From contig JAMWBK010000010.1 of NCBI GenBank assembly GCA_029953675.1, positions 372,001 through 436,000 of the forward strand: a DNA stretch of 64,000 nucleotides, read 5' to 3'. Positions 23,838 to 37,993 of the stretch are shown piece by piece. The position numbers and the translations under genes are program-made. How positions within the stretch are numbered: the first letter of the stretch is position 1; each line of letters opens with the position of its first letter. This stretch comes from Rhodosorus marinus CCMP1338 (lineage: Eukaryota; Plantae; Rhodophyta). The notes below the pieces were generated by a model. That model did not search any database and was not told the origin of the DNA. It worked only from the letters and a program-made list of their open reading frames with translations.

Positions 23838-26004
23838 ATGGTGGAGTTTTTTGATGGTAATGTCGGGGAGGCGATTAAATCTGTTCAGGAGCAGAATCGC
23901 TGTCTTTTGGTGACTGTTCAGGATGATTCAGATGTTTGTAAAGAAATGGAAATGTCCTTGTGGACGGATTCTTCCGTAGTGGAGGCGATCTCAGAAGCCG
24001 AGTTCACATGTTTGATGATAAAGCCCGGTTCGTCACCGTTTCCCAGGTCTATGTGGATGCTTCCATCAGAAACTGAATCGCTGATTCCGTGTCATTGTCT
24101 TATGTTATTTTTGGGTTGTTATCCCGCCGGAAACTTAGACACTCAGGATTACGCGAACTTCAAGAGCTTTTTCCCGGTCTATGTTTTCCCAACAGTTTAC
24201 ATCCTTGCCCCGAATGGAAAACCCCTAGCCTACTTCGCGACTTCGGTACCAAAATCCGAGCTCCTCTTGAAAGTACAAGAATCTGCGTCAAAACTGCAAG
24301 AGGAATCTTCCTCGAACACAGGACAGAACAGAACATCCGATGCAAACACTGGACCCACTGGGGTCCCAAAACCAGTGGCCACTGAGGAGGGAAGCAACCC
24401 ACCTAATACCACGAGATCCAGACAAACACCAGACCCAGTCCCATCAGCTGCCGCAGAACAAAACGCTGAATCTTCCAAGGGACCAATTTCAGAGCGGAAA
24501 GCTTCAGCAGAACCCACCGAAGAAAATGATGCTGTTGACAAAGGTATGAAAGCTAGCACAAGCTCTTGTCGAAGCCACTCAGATCCGAGGCTAAACAGAC
24601 CACTAACACTCCCACAGGTAGTGACATCGAACCCCCCCAAAAGTCCGAAAAGACGACGACGGAAGGTGCTATGATCATGCCCTTGTTCAAGACCTACTCG
24701 GAACTAACATCAAGACCTCTCCATCTTCTGCCCGGCAAACAGACCAGACCAGTTCTGCTGCAGGACCAGCTCCGCGCGAGAGTAAAGGTGAGGATGGGGT
24801 TATCACGTTGGACTCCTCTGGGGTTATGAACTTGTACTTTCTTTAGCTTGTAGTAATCGGAATTCGGACTAACAGCGAGACCTCGGCAACTGTTGTCTTT
24901 CTCAAATGCATCAGAACAGGGTAGCAGTGCTGGAGTACCAGCTCCGGAACAGAGTGAAGGTGAGGAAAGCGGCATCATACGAGCTTCTACGAACTCGCAT
25001 TCCGAATTTGGAGGCTGAGCAGAAGCCGTGACTGTAGGTCAAGTAGGACTTGATGCGTCGGTACTGACTGCCACAGCTGTTGGGGCAAAGGAAGAGATTC
25101 CTAAGCCGCCGGAGAAAGAAATGACATCTCTGTGTTTCCGACTTCCTGACTCGAGCAAATTGGTGCAAAATTTTAAACGGACTGATAGCTTGGCGGAGGT
25201 GGAGAGATTTGTGAGGGATAACGTTGGGATGATGAAGATGCAGTGCTTGTACCCCCATCTGTCTTTCCAGTCGGCAGATTTCGATAAGAGTCTCGAAGAT
25301 CTGGGATTGCATCCTTCCGCGACTATCCTGCTGGTCCAGGAACGGTCTGCTGTACGAGACGCGCTTTCCCCTACGCATAGAGTGCGTTCGGCTCGATATG
25401 CACTCTCGGACATGATCAGTCCAATTAGAGACTTCTTTAACATGATCTTTGCCCGTATCCAAGCTTTCTTCGGTGAGTTTGATTTTGCAGCTCAACTACA
25501 AGGGTTGCGCTTGAAGCGATCTCGTCACGACTGCTCGCTTTTTGGCTAAGGCGTTAGTTCATTTCTACTGAACAGCTGGAATTGTGAATACCGCCCAACG
25601 GACCGTTGACCAGCGGTCGGCATCTTCCTCTACTCCCACGACTTCTCAGCAAAGATCAGCGCCAGCACGAACAGACAACGCAGGATTCGGACCCAGCAGA
25701 CTTGCTACACTGAGCGACTACGGACAATCCTCTTCTCAGCCTCAGCAACAAGGAAGAGGCCTATTCCAGCGACCGGCAGCGAATCCAGGAGACCAAGGCT
25801 CCGCGGGTAAGGCACTCTATCAGAATCCCAAAGGAGATTATCCTTAGCAAGTCGCTGCGTTTGCTTCATGGAACAGGATTTCGGAGGAGCGGCAACGTCG
25901 CAACCTTTTCCCCACCGTCATCAGACAACGACGAGGAGAAGAAAACCAACTTTTGGAACGGCAACAGTACGCAATTTGGAGGCGATGATAACAAGAGACA
26001 GTAA
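23838..26004 (+). CDS. UBXN4: UBXN4/erasin-like UBX-domain protein (p97/CDC48 cofactor), multi-exon
   Basis: N-terminal thioredoxin-like domain (FFDGNVGEAI..FPVYVFPTVYILAPNGKPL); UBX domain (CFRLPDSS..F..TDSL..YP..DLGLHPSATI); amphipathic segment; terminal NFWNGNSTQF motif. Confidence 0.88.
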
Positions 26005-26204
26005 CAGGACCCCTTAGAAACGTAACCAAACCACAACAGAACTTTGGCCGTCTTCGACGCCGTGTTTGGTCGCTCGACACGCGAACAGAAACGTATCGAC
26101 CCTCGGCGATGGATATGGATCATATTTTTCTCGATACCGACTTTTTTTACTATTAAAATGCCTCTTAAGCGTACGGATTCCAGCTGCAAGCAAAACAGAG
26201 CTCC

Positions 26205-27520
26205 TCAACCTACTTCCTTCCCTCGTACGAACTTTATGCACTCATCTACAGTCATAGCAAACGCCTCAGAAATCTGCGGGATGAGGCCAAGGTAAGCATG
26301 GAAAAAACAAAAATCTGCGCTTAGGATGATGGAAATCAAAACCTATCTTGCAGTCTTTGTTCAGGAAAGACTTACCCCATCGAGATTGTATCCACCTTCC
26401 AGACCAAAGACAACCCTACCGTGGCCAAGATGGTTAAGTATTTCCTGCGTCATCGTCGCAAAATCTTTAGGTTCAAGTGCAATCTGCGCGAGCGAGTCAA
26501 CAGCCAGCGCGTCATATCCTGCGCTGACTATAAGGAGATCTGGCTCCTCCCAGTCCTCTCCAGAAATAAATGGTAGCATTTCGTTTCTGAACCTAAGCAC
26601 AAGCATAACCAGGGTTCAGGTCAGCTTCCAGGCAAGCTGCTCGCGGACTCTGGCCGCCCTTACCTTGGCCCCAGCGTTGACCAGTTGGACTCTGCAGACA
26701 GAGCAACGTTCTTAACGTTGTTGTGCATGCCGACATCTGATTCAGCGCCAGTGAACGGATAAAATGGATACTGGTGTGAGGATGTCATTCGAACTTGAGG
26801 GTTGGTCTTTGCCCAGGCCTCTGTTCCGTTGCCATGGTGAACGTCCCAGTCCAGGATCGATATTTTGGACAGCCCGAGCTCCTTGATCGCGTAGGCGCTG
26901 GCGATTGCTGCGTTGCAGAAGATGCAGAATCCCATACCGGTAGCGATGGTCGCGTGGTGGCCTGGGGGACGAGTCAGGGCGAATGCAGGACGGCCAGTCT
27001 TGTAGGCGTACTCAACCGCGTCCATCCAAGCGCGAGCGGCAGTAACAGCAGTGTCGTACGTTGCACCGTTCACGTAGGTATCACCGTCCAATGACCTAAC
27101 GTCTCCGTAACCTGATAGGCGCTTGACTTGATCTATGTAGTCCTCATAGTGCACCTAGCAGGCATCCAAAGTGGAGATGATCTGAGAACGACGCCTTGAG
27201 AGGCTCCTTCACAATTGTAGCTAAGGAAATTTTACCTCGGAGATGAACTTCAGTGTCGTGTCTTCATCAGTCGAAGGCTCAAGGAAAGAGATGCTCTCTG
27301 AAATCTCCTTGTCCTCACTTAGCCTCTTTTTGATCGCTGCCACCCTCGCAGGGCGTTCCGGATGAGGGCGACCAGCATCGTGCTGAAGGAACTTCTCAGA
27401 ATAAATCACCGGAAGCTTCTTCGAGGAGAAGATCTCGGTAGCCGCGGAAGATGAGCAGCGCACGAGGCGACGGTTTGAGAGCAATTCCGTCGATATCACT
27501 TGGATGAATCCTATACCCAT
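26205..27520 (-). CDS. Histone deacetylase-family protein, probably plastid-targeted (HDA14-like), 4 exons
   Basis: HPERPAR, RPPGHHA, MGFCIFCNAA, DWDVHHGNGT, VSAGYDA and LEGGY motifs; N-terminal MGIGFI transit-like peptide. Confidence 0.9.
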
Positions 27521-28885
27521 CGTTCTGTTCTCTCGGCCCCAAGACGACACCCGCTTTTCCGCTTCGGCCTTCTTCCTCAAAAATTTGCTGAAGTTGAAAA
27601 ACGCCCGGTTTCAATATCCAGGTTCAAGAGATCTGTCCTCATTCCTCGGAGAAACTATCGTTCATTCACAAGCTTTCGCCTTCTTCGTGCTTAAAGTTGT
27701 CACACTTAGATCTTCAACAAGAAGCGTCTTTGCTGTTTGGACTTGTCTAGATCCTTTTGCACTGTACATGGTGCGTGTATCTTCATCATCAAAGGCTTGA
27801 TCTTCAACAACAGGCGTGAGCGGACTGGTCCAGGCGCTCAGGTACTTGGCTCACTGTGTTTTTAGTCATGTGACTCTTCGTGCAAGAGCAGTCTCTTGTT
27901 ATGTCCTCATCAACTACTATCCTCTCAGAATGAAACCTTTGGTCACCGGGATTGTGACAATACATCGAAATTTCTCGCTTCGTCAGGTGCGCTTTCATAG
28001 GAACAGAAACTGAAAGTACAAACTGGAGAGCTTGTCCGTTGGAGAGCTAAGCCATAAAACGAATCCAAGAAGAGTGAAGATATCTAAGTAAGCCATCGCC
28101 TGCTCTAGCTCCAGCTCCAGCTCCAGCTCCTCGTACCAAAACCCTCTAAAACGAGGAAGAAAACTGGCTGTTTTGGAAAATGACGAGATTTCCCTCCTTT
28201 TTCATCTGCTTTGATTCCATTTTTCTCCGGAAAAGAAATTGAAATCTCTTTGAAATCTCCTTGAAAATCTCCAGGAGAGAGAGAATTTCTTCACATGTTT
28301 GCGCAGATCGTTTGTCGTCTTCTTCATCCTCCGGAAAGGTCGAGTTTCGGCAAGGACCGTTTAAGGAGGATTGACAACGTCCGGACGGCGGCAAGAAGAG
28401 AGAAAGATTTACGCTCTATAACACAGAGCTGCTGACGTTTTCGATCGATATTTCATCAGACCAAAGCGTTGTGGGTTCGGTCATCTGCAGATGACATCCG
28501 GTTGGTCTTCCCGTGAGAAACTTGGGCGTTGGGTGGTGGTTGCTATCGTGGAAGTCTTTATTTTTTTGGGCGCTGTTGAGCGTATAGAGGTTGTTTGTTG
28601 AGGGAAGACGTTCTCAAGATGCGTTAACCTTGATGCTTGGCGTGCCAAGAGGAGCCTGAGGACAGGTTTGGGAGGCGGTTAGTTTGATCTGGCGACTCTG
28701 GTGGATCTGTTGGAACTTGGGCATGGTCGTGGGACAAGGCGGCAGATCTTCTTTCGGTGCGGCAAGAGCGGAGATTGAAAGGTGTAGGATTCGCCTGTTC
28801 GGTTTTGTCATGCGAGCAGGCTCGGTGTTCTGAGCTGGTCGGATTTCCTTGCGTTCTATTCAACTAGTTTGTTTAGCTTCAAACT

Positions 28886-29801
28886 ATGATGCAGAGGACA
28901 GCCCTAGGACAGGGCGAGATAGTGTGGAAGAGTCTGAAATGTGTCACTCTCGATGTGACGGGAACGCTGTTCGCGATGCGACATAGAGTGGGAGATGTCT
29001 ACGCGTCGATGGTAGAATGGCATGGGCTTGAAAAGCCCGATCCTGATGTGATCCATTCATCTTTCAAAACATCGTACAAACACGTGAACAGGGAATCTCC
29101 TTGCGTTGGAGGTCTCGCGGAATCAACGAAGGAATGGTGGAGGAAGGTAGTTTATCGAACGTTTGACACGGCTGGGCTGAAGTATAGCGAGCCACAGCGA
29201 GAGAGGATATTTAGCTCCATCTACTCGGCATATGGGTCGCCGAAGGCGTACAAACTGTTCGATGACGTAATGCCTTTCCTTGAATCTGCGAAAAACCGTG
29301 GGCTTAAGTTAGGAGTCATCAGCAATGAAAGTGAGCGGTACAGTGAGGAAATCCTGCCGGGATTTGGCCTTTCTCGCTTTTTTGAGTTCGTTATTCTTGC
29401 GAAAGATGTGCTCTCCGAAAAACCCGACCGAAAGATATTTGAGGTAAGCATTCGAACTCACCCTACCTGCTTTTGACTCACCTCTCAAGGTGATCCTGGC
29501 CCCTCCTGTGTCCAGGCCGCCGCATCAGCCGCTGGGTTAGCTCCGGAAGAAATCTTGCATATTGGAGATGACTACGAAAAGGACTGCCTCGGATCGCTGA
29601 ACGCTGGCTTCCACAGCCCAGTTTTCCTCAACCGCTTTCGGAGAAAACCAGAGCATGATCCTCAGCTGGGACACATTCATTTCGCAGAGGTTCGTCTTTG
29701 CTCAGAGATCTTCGCCTTAAGGACTAGCGGATGGACTAACTTCATTACTATGATCCTAGGATCTTCGAGATTTTACGCAACAGATCGGGCCACGGTCATG
29801 A
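28886..29801 (+). CDS. HDHD3: HAD-superfamily hydrolase (HDHD3-like), 3 exons
   Basis: Motif I TLDVTGTL, motif II GVISN, EKPDRKIFE, motif IV HIGDD..D. Start uncertain. Confidence 0.88.
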
Positions 29802-30260
29802 AAACAAAGAACCATTTCACAACCCTAGAATTTGACGACGTTGCGGGAATTATACGAGCTGTGTGACGATTCTTAGGACCTCCGAGGCCCGCGAGTAGCA
29901 GTACGGGTGCGATGTCGTCAGCCTCTTTGCAAAAGGTTTTGTCAATTGCAATTTTGTCCTCTAATCTGGACGCCACATTCGACAAGCAAGAAGATCTTAT
30001 GGCTATGAGACTTTCACCACGACATGAAATTCAAGAGCTCACAGCAATAGATCGAGCTTGGGAGTCAATTTGAACTGATGCAAACCGACGAGAAACCGAG
30101 GACAAGATAGGATACGGAGTTGGCACTCACATGCGATCTTGTAGTAGATCTGGATTCTGAAGAGCGTCTGATCCAAAGTGCTTCGTAACTCCTTCAAGAA
30201 CAGGCTCAGTTTGCTCAAATCTGACACCTTAACTCTCTCCAATGCCTCAACTCCAACATG
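29800..30260 (-). other. Possible spliced hypothetical gene fragment
   Basis: Helical coding-like frame ERVKVSDLSKLSLFLKELRSTLDQTLFRIQIYYKIA followed by a GTGAGT donor; start not found. Confidence 0.2.
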
Positions 30261-30699
30261 ATGTTAAGGTAAAATGTGAGCTACATTCATGAAAGCATCG
30301 AAAAATCTTCGTCCTTAAAATATACAATATACTTACAAAATTATCAAATATTTCATAAAAATTACGGATATGTCTTAAAATTTCTAAAATAAATTAATTT
30401 TTCTTTGTCTAAGCAATCAAAAAAAGAAATTCAGAATATATTCCTAGGTACTTTTAATAATTACTTAAAACAGGTTTATTGCCCCATAATTTTTTTGAAT
30501 TTGGATTTTTTTCATGTGGTTTTGAATGCGCTCTGAGAAGCACAGTCGAAAGACGGTAGGCTCGTCAGAGCGCGGCGCAGATGGAAGCCCGGAAGTTCAG
30601 GATCGCGTCTGTACAGAAGCACGAATGGTGATTACTAAGTCGCCTCGGAAATAAGTACGTAATAGATCAATGCCATAGGTAGATCCCGAAGAGGCCGTT

Positions 30700-31050
30700 A
30701 AGAAGCTTCCCGAACGTCAGCTGCGTCAGATAGCAGTTACCCCCGCACCCTTTGCAAAGCATGGTACCACAACACCCACAACCTACGGAGGCGACACTCT
30801 TCAGGTTTGCCATGTCGAACTTATCGGACGACTAACTACAACACGAAGAGGTATCTGATGGATCCTCGTTTGACAGTGAAGAGTCTGAATCGTTGGAGTG
30901 TCGCTCAGAGCGTTTCTAGAGGCAACAAAGGAGAAAGTCGCAGGGTTTTTATACGAAGAGATAGTCCTCACGTACAGGACCCCAGTACAAATCCTCTCAG
31001 ATCGAGGGGCACAGTTCAGATAGGCGGTGGTGGCAGAATACCTGAAGTCT
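30700..31050 (+). mobile_element. Decayed Ty3/gypsy integrase core
   Basis: Single frame with stops: QVCHVELIGRLTTTRRGI*WILV..RAFLEATKEKVAGFLYEEIVLTYRTPVQILSDRGAQFR*, matching the rve core (HIDLIGPL..GNRYILV..TVAxFLYEEI..GxP..ILSDRGxQF). Confidence 0.8.
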
Positions 31051-31969
31051 GAGACCGAAATCTGGGTGGTCACCCTGAGGCTCCATATTTCGGAAATTGG
31101 TTGGACAGACTGTCTGTTAATCTCCAAGGCAGAATTGTTGTCGGACAACACGATTCGGTGTTGTGGCCTAGGCTGAGTCAGGGTTCCTTCACGGTCATAC
31201 CTATTGATGTAGATGAGATCTAGAGAAAAGTCGTCGTTTTGATTCGATTCTCGTTTGACCAACTCTTTTTATTGATCAAGAAATACATCCGCCCCCGCCA
31301 CCCAGTCCCCTACAGCCCTGGCTTCAGAGGCTGCTATATCCTGACAAAGGTTTTTGCTGGAAATGTAGGGGGTTTCAACAGAGGACGATGACATGGCTGC
31401 TTCCCTTGCCCCTCAGTGCTCTGAATATAATCCTTAGAGTAGAAGTTGCGAGCTTAATCGCTCTCCTCTTCATCCGGACCAGGACCACCAATGCCGCAAG
31501 AAACCCACCCACAGGCACGAGATTCAGGACCAGATCCCTCAACGAAGAGATCATTCCTGGTTTTTCTAACTAAAGGACTTTTTCGAACCTCTCGCCAGAC
31601 ATACGCTAACCCTGTCCTTCTCAATGGGTTTCCTTTGCCCGTGTCCAGATTCTATTTAACTGTCATATCATCAATCAATTAAACAATCAATTAAACAATC
31701 AATTCAAACATAAATTTTGTATACTGAAATTATTTGGTAAATATTATGACTGATAATATCATACATTCCAATTATAGAGATGACTCTTAAACGGACAAAA
31801 TTGGAACTCAGTTGGGGCTGGTGGTCGTACCAAGGCAATGGATTGAGCTGTTGCAGAGAGCGAAGCAGCTGCTTAGGGAGAGATTTAGAGCTATTCCAAG
31901 GAAACAAGAGAGCAGGTTGTATGCTTCTCAGAATTGATTATTGATGACTCGCCGGTTTTAAGCAAAGCT

Positions 31970-34697
31970 ATGGGAATATGGAGGTTGAAATGTGACAACG
32001 GTAGGCAGTGGTGGGATTTGGACGATGGATCGGAGCTGGCGCCTGGACTTCTAGAGAAGGTGAACGAGGAGTTCGATCAAGCTCGGGTTGACTTCGCTGA
32101 GAACAGGTAAGCCATTTCGTTTTTACTTAGCTTGTTTTTCTTCTTGACTTTTTAGCACCTTCGGCTTTCGCTTGGATGGAGGGCAACTTACCGCTCTCTG
32201 CTACTACCTCAGGCATGAACAGAAGCATTCATCGGACAGATTCCTTAGGATTCTAGCAAAGCATGTACCTTTCTTATCGGATGGAAATAGTGAGGAAGAG
32301 GTCGGAGCAAGCGATGCGCTTCCCAACAAGACTCATGTCGATGAAACCATTAGGAAAGGAGCCAACTATCTCTCCAGCCTGCAGATGCAGGATGGACATA
32401 TCCCAGGTGCTCCATGCTTTCCGCTTTCCAAGGTCTCAACAAGAGCTAGAATTGGGACGAAAAACTGAGTGTCTTGCGATTGCTTTCGGTTGTCGTTTTA
32501 GGTGACTATGGGGGTCCCATGTTCCTGCTACCAGGTTTAGTAATCGCGTGCTACGTTACCGGGACGGATCTTGGCGAGCATCGTAGGAAGGAGATGATAA
32601 GGTATCTGAGGAATCACCGGAACGAAGACGGAGGTTTCGGACTCCACATCGAGTGCGAGAGCACGATGAAGGGCACTGTAATGAACTACATTGCCATGCG
32701 TCTTCTCGGTGTGGAAAGCGATGATCCTGATGCCTCTGCGTCCAGAAAATGGATTCATGATCACGGAGGAGCCCTACGTACGTTGCTGTTCTCGAAATTA
32801 GACAAAAAAGGGAACTTCCAGTGTTTGTTTTGGGCTCACAGCGGCGGTATTTTTCTACTTCTAGTCGCGCCTTCATGGGCAAAGCTGTGGCTTTGCGTTC
32901 TCGGGGTTCATGAATATGATGCCCTTAACCCGGTCCCTCCGGAGAACTGGATCTTACCGTATTGGATTCCCATCCACCCTGGACGTTTCTGGTGCCATTG
33001 CAGAATCGTCTACCTCCCCCAGTCGTACCTATATGGTTCCAGAGCTGTCGGACCTATCACAGATCTTGTCAACGAGATCCGAAGCGAGATCTACTTGGAA
33101 GCCTACGAGGACATTGACTGGCCAGCAAGCCGGGGCAAGTGTTGCCCAGTTGATGAATATTTTCATCGCCCCAAGGTCCAATCTCTTTTCTGGGACGCGG
33201 TCTACTGGTAATGTCTCGGAAACCGCCTTTTGTCTCAACGAGTGGGTGGACGGTGGAGTATTTCTTTTGCAACGTGTTTACACACTGACTGTTTTTCTTT
33301 GGACAGGTACGAGCACTCGCTTCAGTTCCCTGGAAAGCAGAGGATTCGGCAGGGGGCGCTGAACGAAGTCATCAAACTGATAAAGCATGAGGACGTCAAT
33401 ACGGACTGGATATGTATCGGTCCAGTGAACAAGGCGTTGAACATGGTAGCGTGCTGGTTTCATGACCCGGATTCCGAACATTTCAAGAATCATCTTCCCC
33501 GGCTGCTGGACTACTTGTGGCTTGCAGAGGACGGGATGAAGATGCAGGGATACAACGGAAGTCAACTGTGGGACACGGCCTTTGCTGCACAAGCAATTGT
33601 TCAATCCGGAATGGCGGAGGAATTTAAGACATTTTTGAAGCGTGCACATCATTTCTTCGACATCTCGCAGGTGCGTGAGGATACTCCGGGTGGGATGCGA
33701 TACTACAGACACATTTCGAAAGGGGCATGGCCATTTTCGACCAGAGACCACGGTTGGCCGATTTCTGACTGCTCTTCGGAAGGAATGAAAGGAAGCTTGG
33801 CGGTCCAGACCCTGCCCTTCAAGTGTTATGATAACAAAATAAGCACCGAACGCTTCCAGGATTGCGTGAACGTGTCTCTGTCCTTCCAAAACCCCACGGG
33901 CGGCTGGGCAACTTATGAACTTCGAAGGGGTGGCGCGTGGTTGGAGCTGTTAAACCCGTCTGAAGTATTTTCAGATATTATGGTCGACTACGACTACGTG
34001 GAGTGCTCATCTTCCAGTGTGGTGGCCCTGAAAGAGTTTCAGAAGTTAGATCCCGGCCACCGCAAAGTAGAGATTTCCACAGCGATTGCTAAGGGGATCA
34101 AGAGGATTAAGGAACTCCAGAGGGAGGACGGATCTTGGTACGGCAACTGGGGTGTATGTTTTACCTACGGCACTTGGTTTGGAGTGGAGGCACTAGTTGC
34201 TGTTGGAGAGACGCTTGACAGCTCTTCAGAGCTTCGCAATGCGTGCAACTTTTTGCTCTCGAAGCTTCGTGACGACGGAGGTGTCGGAGAGAATTATTTA
34301 TCCTGCGTCAACTGTGAATGGAATGATTCAGAGGAATCCCAGATAGTGAATACTGCTTGGGCTCTGCTCTCGCTTTGCAAGGCCGTAAGTTCACCGCCCC
34401 AATAGGTCGTCGCTTGCGCTTGGTGAACCGGCAGTATGTCTCGACTTTTGCCCCTCCAAACCTAAACAATCCTCATTCCTTAATCCGTAGGGCTGGCGGG
34501 ATCAGGAACCTTTGGAGAGAATGGCACAGTTCCTTATTAGATCCCAGGAATCCTCGGGTGATTGGCCGCAGCAACTTATATCTGGTGTCTTCAATAAGAC
34601 GTGCATGATTACCTATGCCGCCTACAGATTGGTCTTCCCGATTTGGGCGCTGGGATGCTATAGGATGAGAATTGTGTCAGGCCATTTCGGAAATTGA
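31970..34697 (+). CDS. CAS1: Oxidosqualene cyclase, cycloartenol synthase type, multi-exon
   Basis: [15 protein letters not shown]-like [41 protein letters not shown] and QW repeats. The Tyr/His/Ile triad (GYNG, DHG, WPI) is the cycloartenol- rather than lanosterol-synthase set. Confidence 0.95.
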
Positions 34698-35999
34698 GCC
34701 GATTCTGTTTTGTTCCCTTGGCTCTGTAAAGATTTTCGCAGCTACGCGTAACTATCAGCCTGCCCGTTGGCAACGCGCGGAGGAATGTGCTCATTTTCAG
34801 TAATATTTCTCTCGGGTCTGAAGTCGTTGAATTGGGCGTTGAAACGATTCACAAGGTAGGATTGCCTGTCGCAGAAAACCAGGGTAGGACGAATCTACAT
34901 TGTCGCAAGGATCCCGCCTATGGGTTGCACTGCGCAGCACCCGAGCGAACTGAGGTCCAGGAGATGTAGGAATCTCCTTGAGGTAGATTCACAATCTATC
35001 AAAAGCCGGTCCATGCAAACATAGAATAGATGAGACGCGATAATCTCCGAGGGCGTCTTTCTCGCATAGCAATGGCCGACCAACCAACGGCCAAACACTT
35101 AGGTCGAGCAAACACCAACCACACAAACTAGAAAACCGCAAGGGAGGAACAGCATCAATCAGATATTCTGGGAACAGTCTTCCGCTTGATCATCAACAGC
35201 CTAGTACCAACAAATCCGCAGGTTACGAGATGTCAGCGGACAGGAAACCCCATCGCTGAAAAACAGACCGGGACGCACACAATGGCGACATATTTTCCAA
35301 CAGTTTTCAAGCCATAGAGACTGCCATAATCAATCTCGCAGATTAGTATCCAACTGCACTCGCTCAACCACACACACCACACCACACCACCTTCTTCCGA
35401 ACCATCAGCGAAACAACACCAAACCCTACCAGCTTCAACTATGACACGCGTCGTCTATCTATTCGTATAAACGAATACTAATCATTTTCCATTGGCTAAC
35501 AGATGCTCACCTGGAAAAACTTTCCAATTTCACCTCCCAAAAAAGCTCCCTAAAAAACAGCAAACCTTAACAACAAAAAAGGATTTCCCGAAGCCAGTAG
35601 CGTCAAAATAATATGAGCAGGTCCAACGACTGCGGAGATTGCCAAGAAAACTACATCTAATCGTCACCTATATAAACACTAATGAAAAGAAGTATCAGTC
35701 ATAATATATGGAGTTGGATATATATATAGTTCAATTTAGGGATTAAATAGATTGACGTTTAATGACAGTTATAATAGGATATTGCAATTATTTATTTTTG
35801 GCCGAGCAAAAGGTATTTAAGGATCCATACGGATCGCGGAATGAGATACGCTGGTAGACATGGGTTGGGTTGTGGGGAAGCGTAGATGTTTAGGCAGCCA
35901 GGCATCAGGAAACGAGCGTTAGGAAATTCACGACGAGCATCTGAATTTTGTTGATCTTCCTTTTTTTCGTTGTTTTTGGTTTTCTTTTTGGAGGCAAAG

Positions 36000-37993
36000 A
36001 TGGGACTTTGTTTTTGCCCGTCCTTGGTGACCCGGTTGGTGGGTGCTGCCGCTCGTTGCGGGACTCAATCGCGCGGTAGGAGTGTAGTGAAAGCTGATGC
36101 TGGGAGCTCGGATTCTGTTAGAGCTCGGTCTACCGGTTTGGTGGGAACTCAACCTGGAGGTGAGGACTGGGCGAAGAGAACAGCTGCGCGGGCGATGCTC
36201 CGTGCTGTAGACTTCAACGACGAGGATTTTGCAAAGCCTATTGTAAGCGTGGCGTGTACACATACTAATGCGACGCCCTGCAATGCTCATATGCTCGAGC
36301 TTGGCGACCTGATTTGTGAGGAAGTTACGAAAACCGGCGGAAAACCGTTCATTTTCGGCACTCCCGTAATCTCCGATGGAGAAACAATGGGTACGAGTGG
36401 TATGAGGTATTCGCTTGTTTCGAGGGACTTGATCGCGGACTGTATCGAAACAATGCACGAAGGGTACTTGTGCGATGCGTTGATCACTTTGGGAGGCTGC
36501 GACAAGAGTATTCCTGGAGCTCTCATGCCGATCCTTAGGTCGGACGCTGTCGGCGTGATGCTGTACGGAGGCTCTATCCTTCCTGGCCATTTAGACGGCA
36601 ACGATCTCACTGTGGTATCTAGCTTCGAAGCCATCGGGGCTCACGGGGCTGGGAAGATTGATGACGCGCAGCTAAAGCGTGTGGAAGAGAACTCATGCCC
36701 AGGGCCTGGCTCCTGCGGTGGGATGTTCACAGCCAACACGATGTCCTCCATCATTGAAGCAATGGGGATGAGCGTGCCTTACTCAGCGGCTCATACCGCT
36801 GTAACGGCGGACAACAAGATCAGCAAGGATAAGCTTAAGGACTGCGAGAGGTCGGTGGAGGCCCTTTTCGACTGCATGAAGAACGGGATTACGTCTCGTA
36901 TGATATGCACTAAGGAAGCATTCGAAAACGGAATCACAGTAATGATGGCTCTGGGGGGGTCAACTAATGGCGTTCTGCACCTGCTCGCGCTAGCAAGAGA
37001 GGCAGAAGTTGAGCTCACTATTGACGACTTTAACCGAGTAGCTGAGAACGTAGCTCTCGTTGGAGACTTCAAACCATTCGGTAAATACGTCATGGCGGAC
37101 TTGGAGAAAATCGGAGGCATCCCAATGGTACGGATTCAACCCGCTAATGGTGTTTGGGGCGTTTTCATACACAGTCTACTGAGCACAGAGTGGTCGCTTT
37201 TTTCCCATTTTATTGTAGGTCATGAAGCACTTGCTCAAAGCGGGCCTGATCCACGGCGATTGTCTGTCGGTCAGTGGGAAGACGATATCTGAGATCTGCG
37301 AGGAAGCACCGGACTTACCTGAAGGGCAAGACGTCATCCGAGAGTTTGACAACGCCCTGGCTCCGCCAGGCAACCACGTTGTGGTGATGCGTGGAAATCT
37401 CGCCCCGGAAGGCTCCGTTATAAAGCTATCTGGAAAAGAATTAGATATTCACCGTGGACCTGCTCGTTGCTTTCAGTCTGAAGAGGATGCCCTCAATGCT
37501 GTACTCGCTGGGGACATTAAGAATCAGGACGTTATGGTTATTCGCTATGAGGGTCCCAAGGGTGGGCCTGGAATGCGGGAGATGTTGTCGCCTTCAGCTG
37601 CCATCATGGGTGCAGGACTGGGGAAGACGGTCGCCTTGATAACCGATGGCCGCTTCAGCGGTGGCACCCACGGGATTATGGTGGGACATATTGCACCGGA
37701 GGCGGCAGAGGGTGGTCCCATTGGACTGGTGGAAGACGGAGATATTATTGTTCTCGAGCCTGGGAAACGAAGCATTCGGTGAGTGCTCCTTTAAAGGCGC
37801 GACAAGTCTATCTCTAGGCCGATTGCTTGCTAAGGATTGCGCTTGCTTCTGTTCACATAGGGTTGAAGTCAGTGACGAGGAACTTGAAGAGAGAAGAAAG
37901 ACGTGGAAGCCGGTAGAGAAGAAAAAAGTGGGAGTGTTAAAGAAATACGCAAACTGCGTATCCAGCGCCAGTTTCGGGGCTATTACGCATTGA
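36000..37993 (+). CDS. ilvD: Dihydroxy-acid dehydratase with transit peptide, 3 exons
   Basis: TPCNAH, ISDGETMG..MRYSLVSR, GGCDK, CGGMFTANTM, GGSTN, GPKGGPGMREM, TDGRFSGGTHG and GHIAPEA motifs. Confidence 0.97.
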
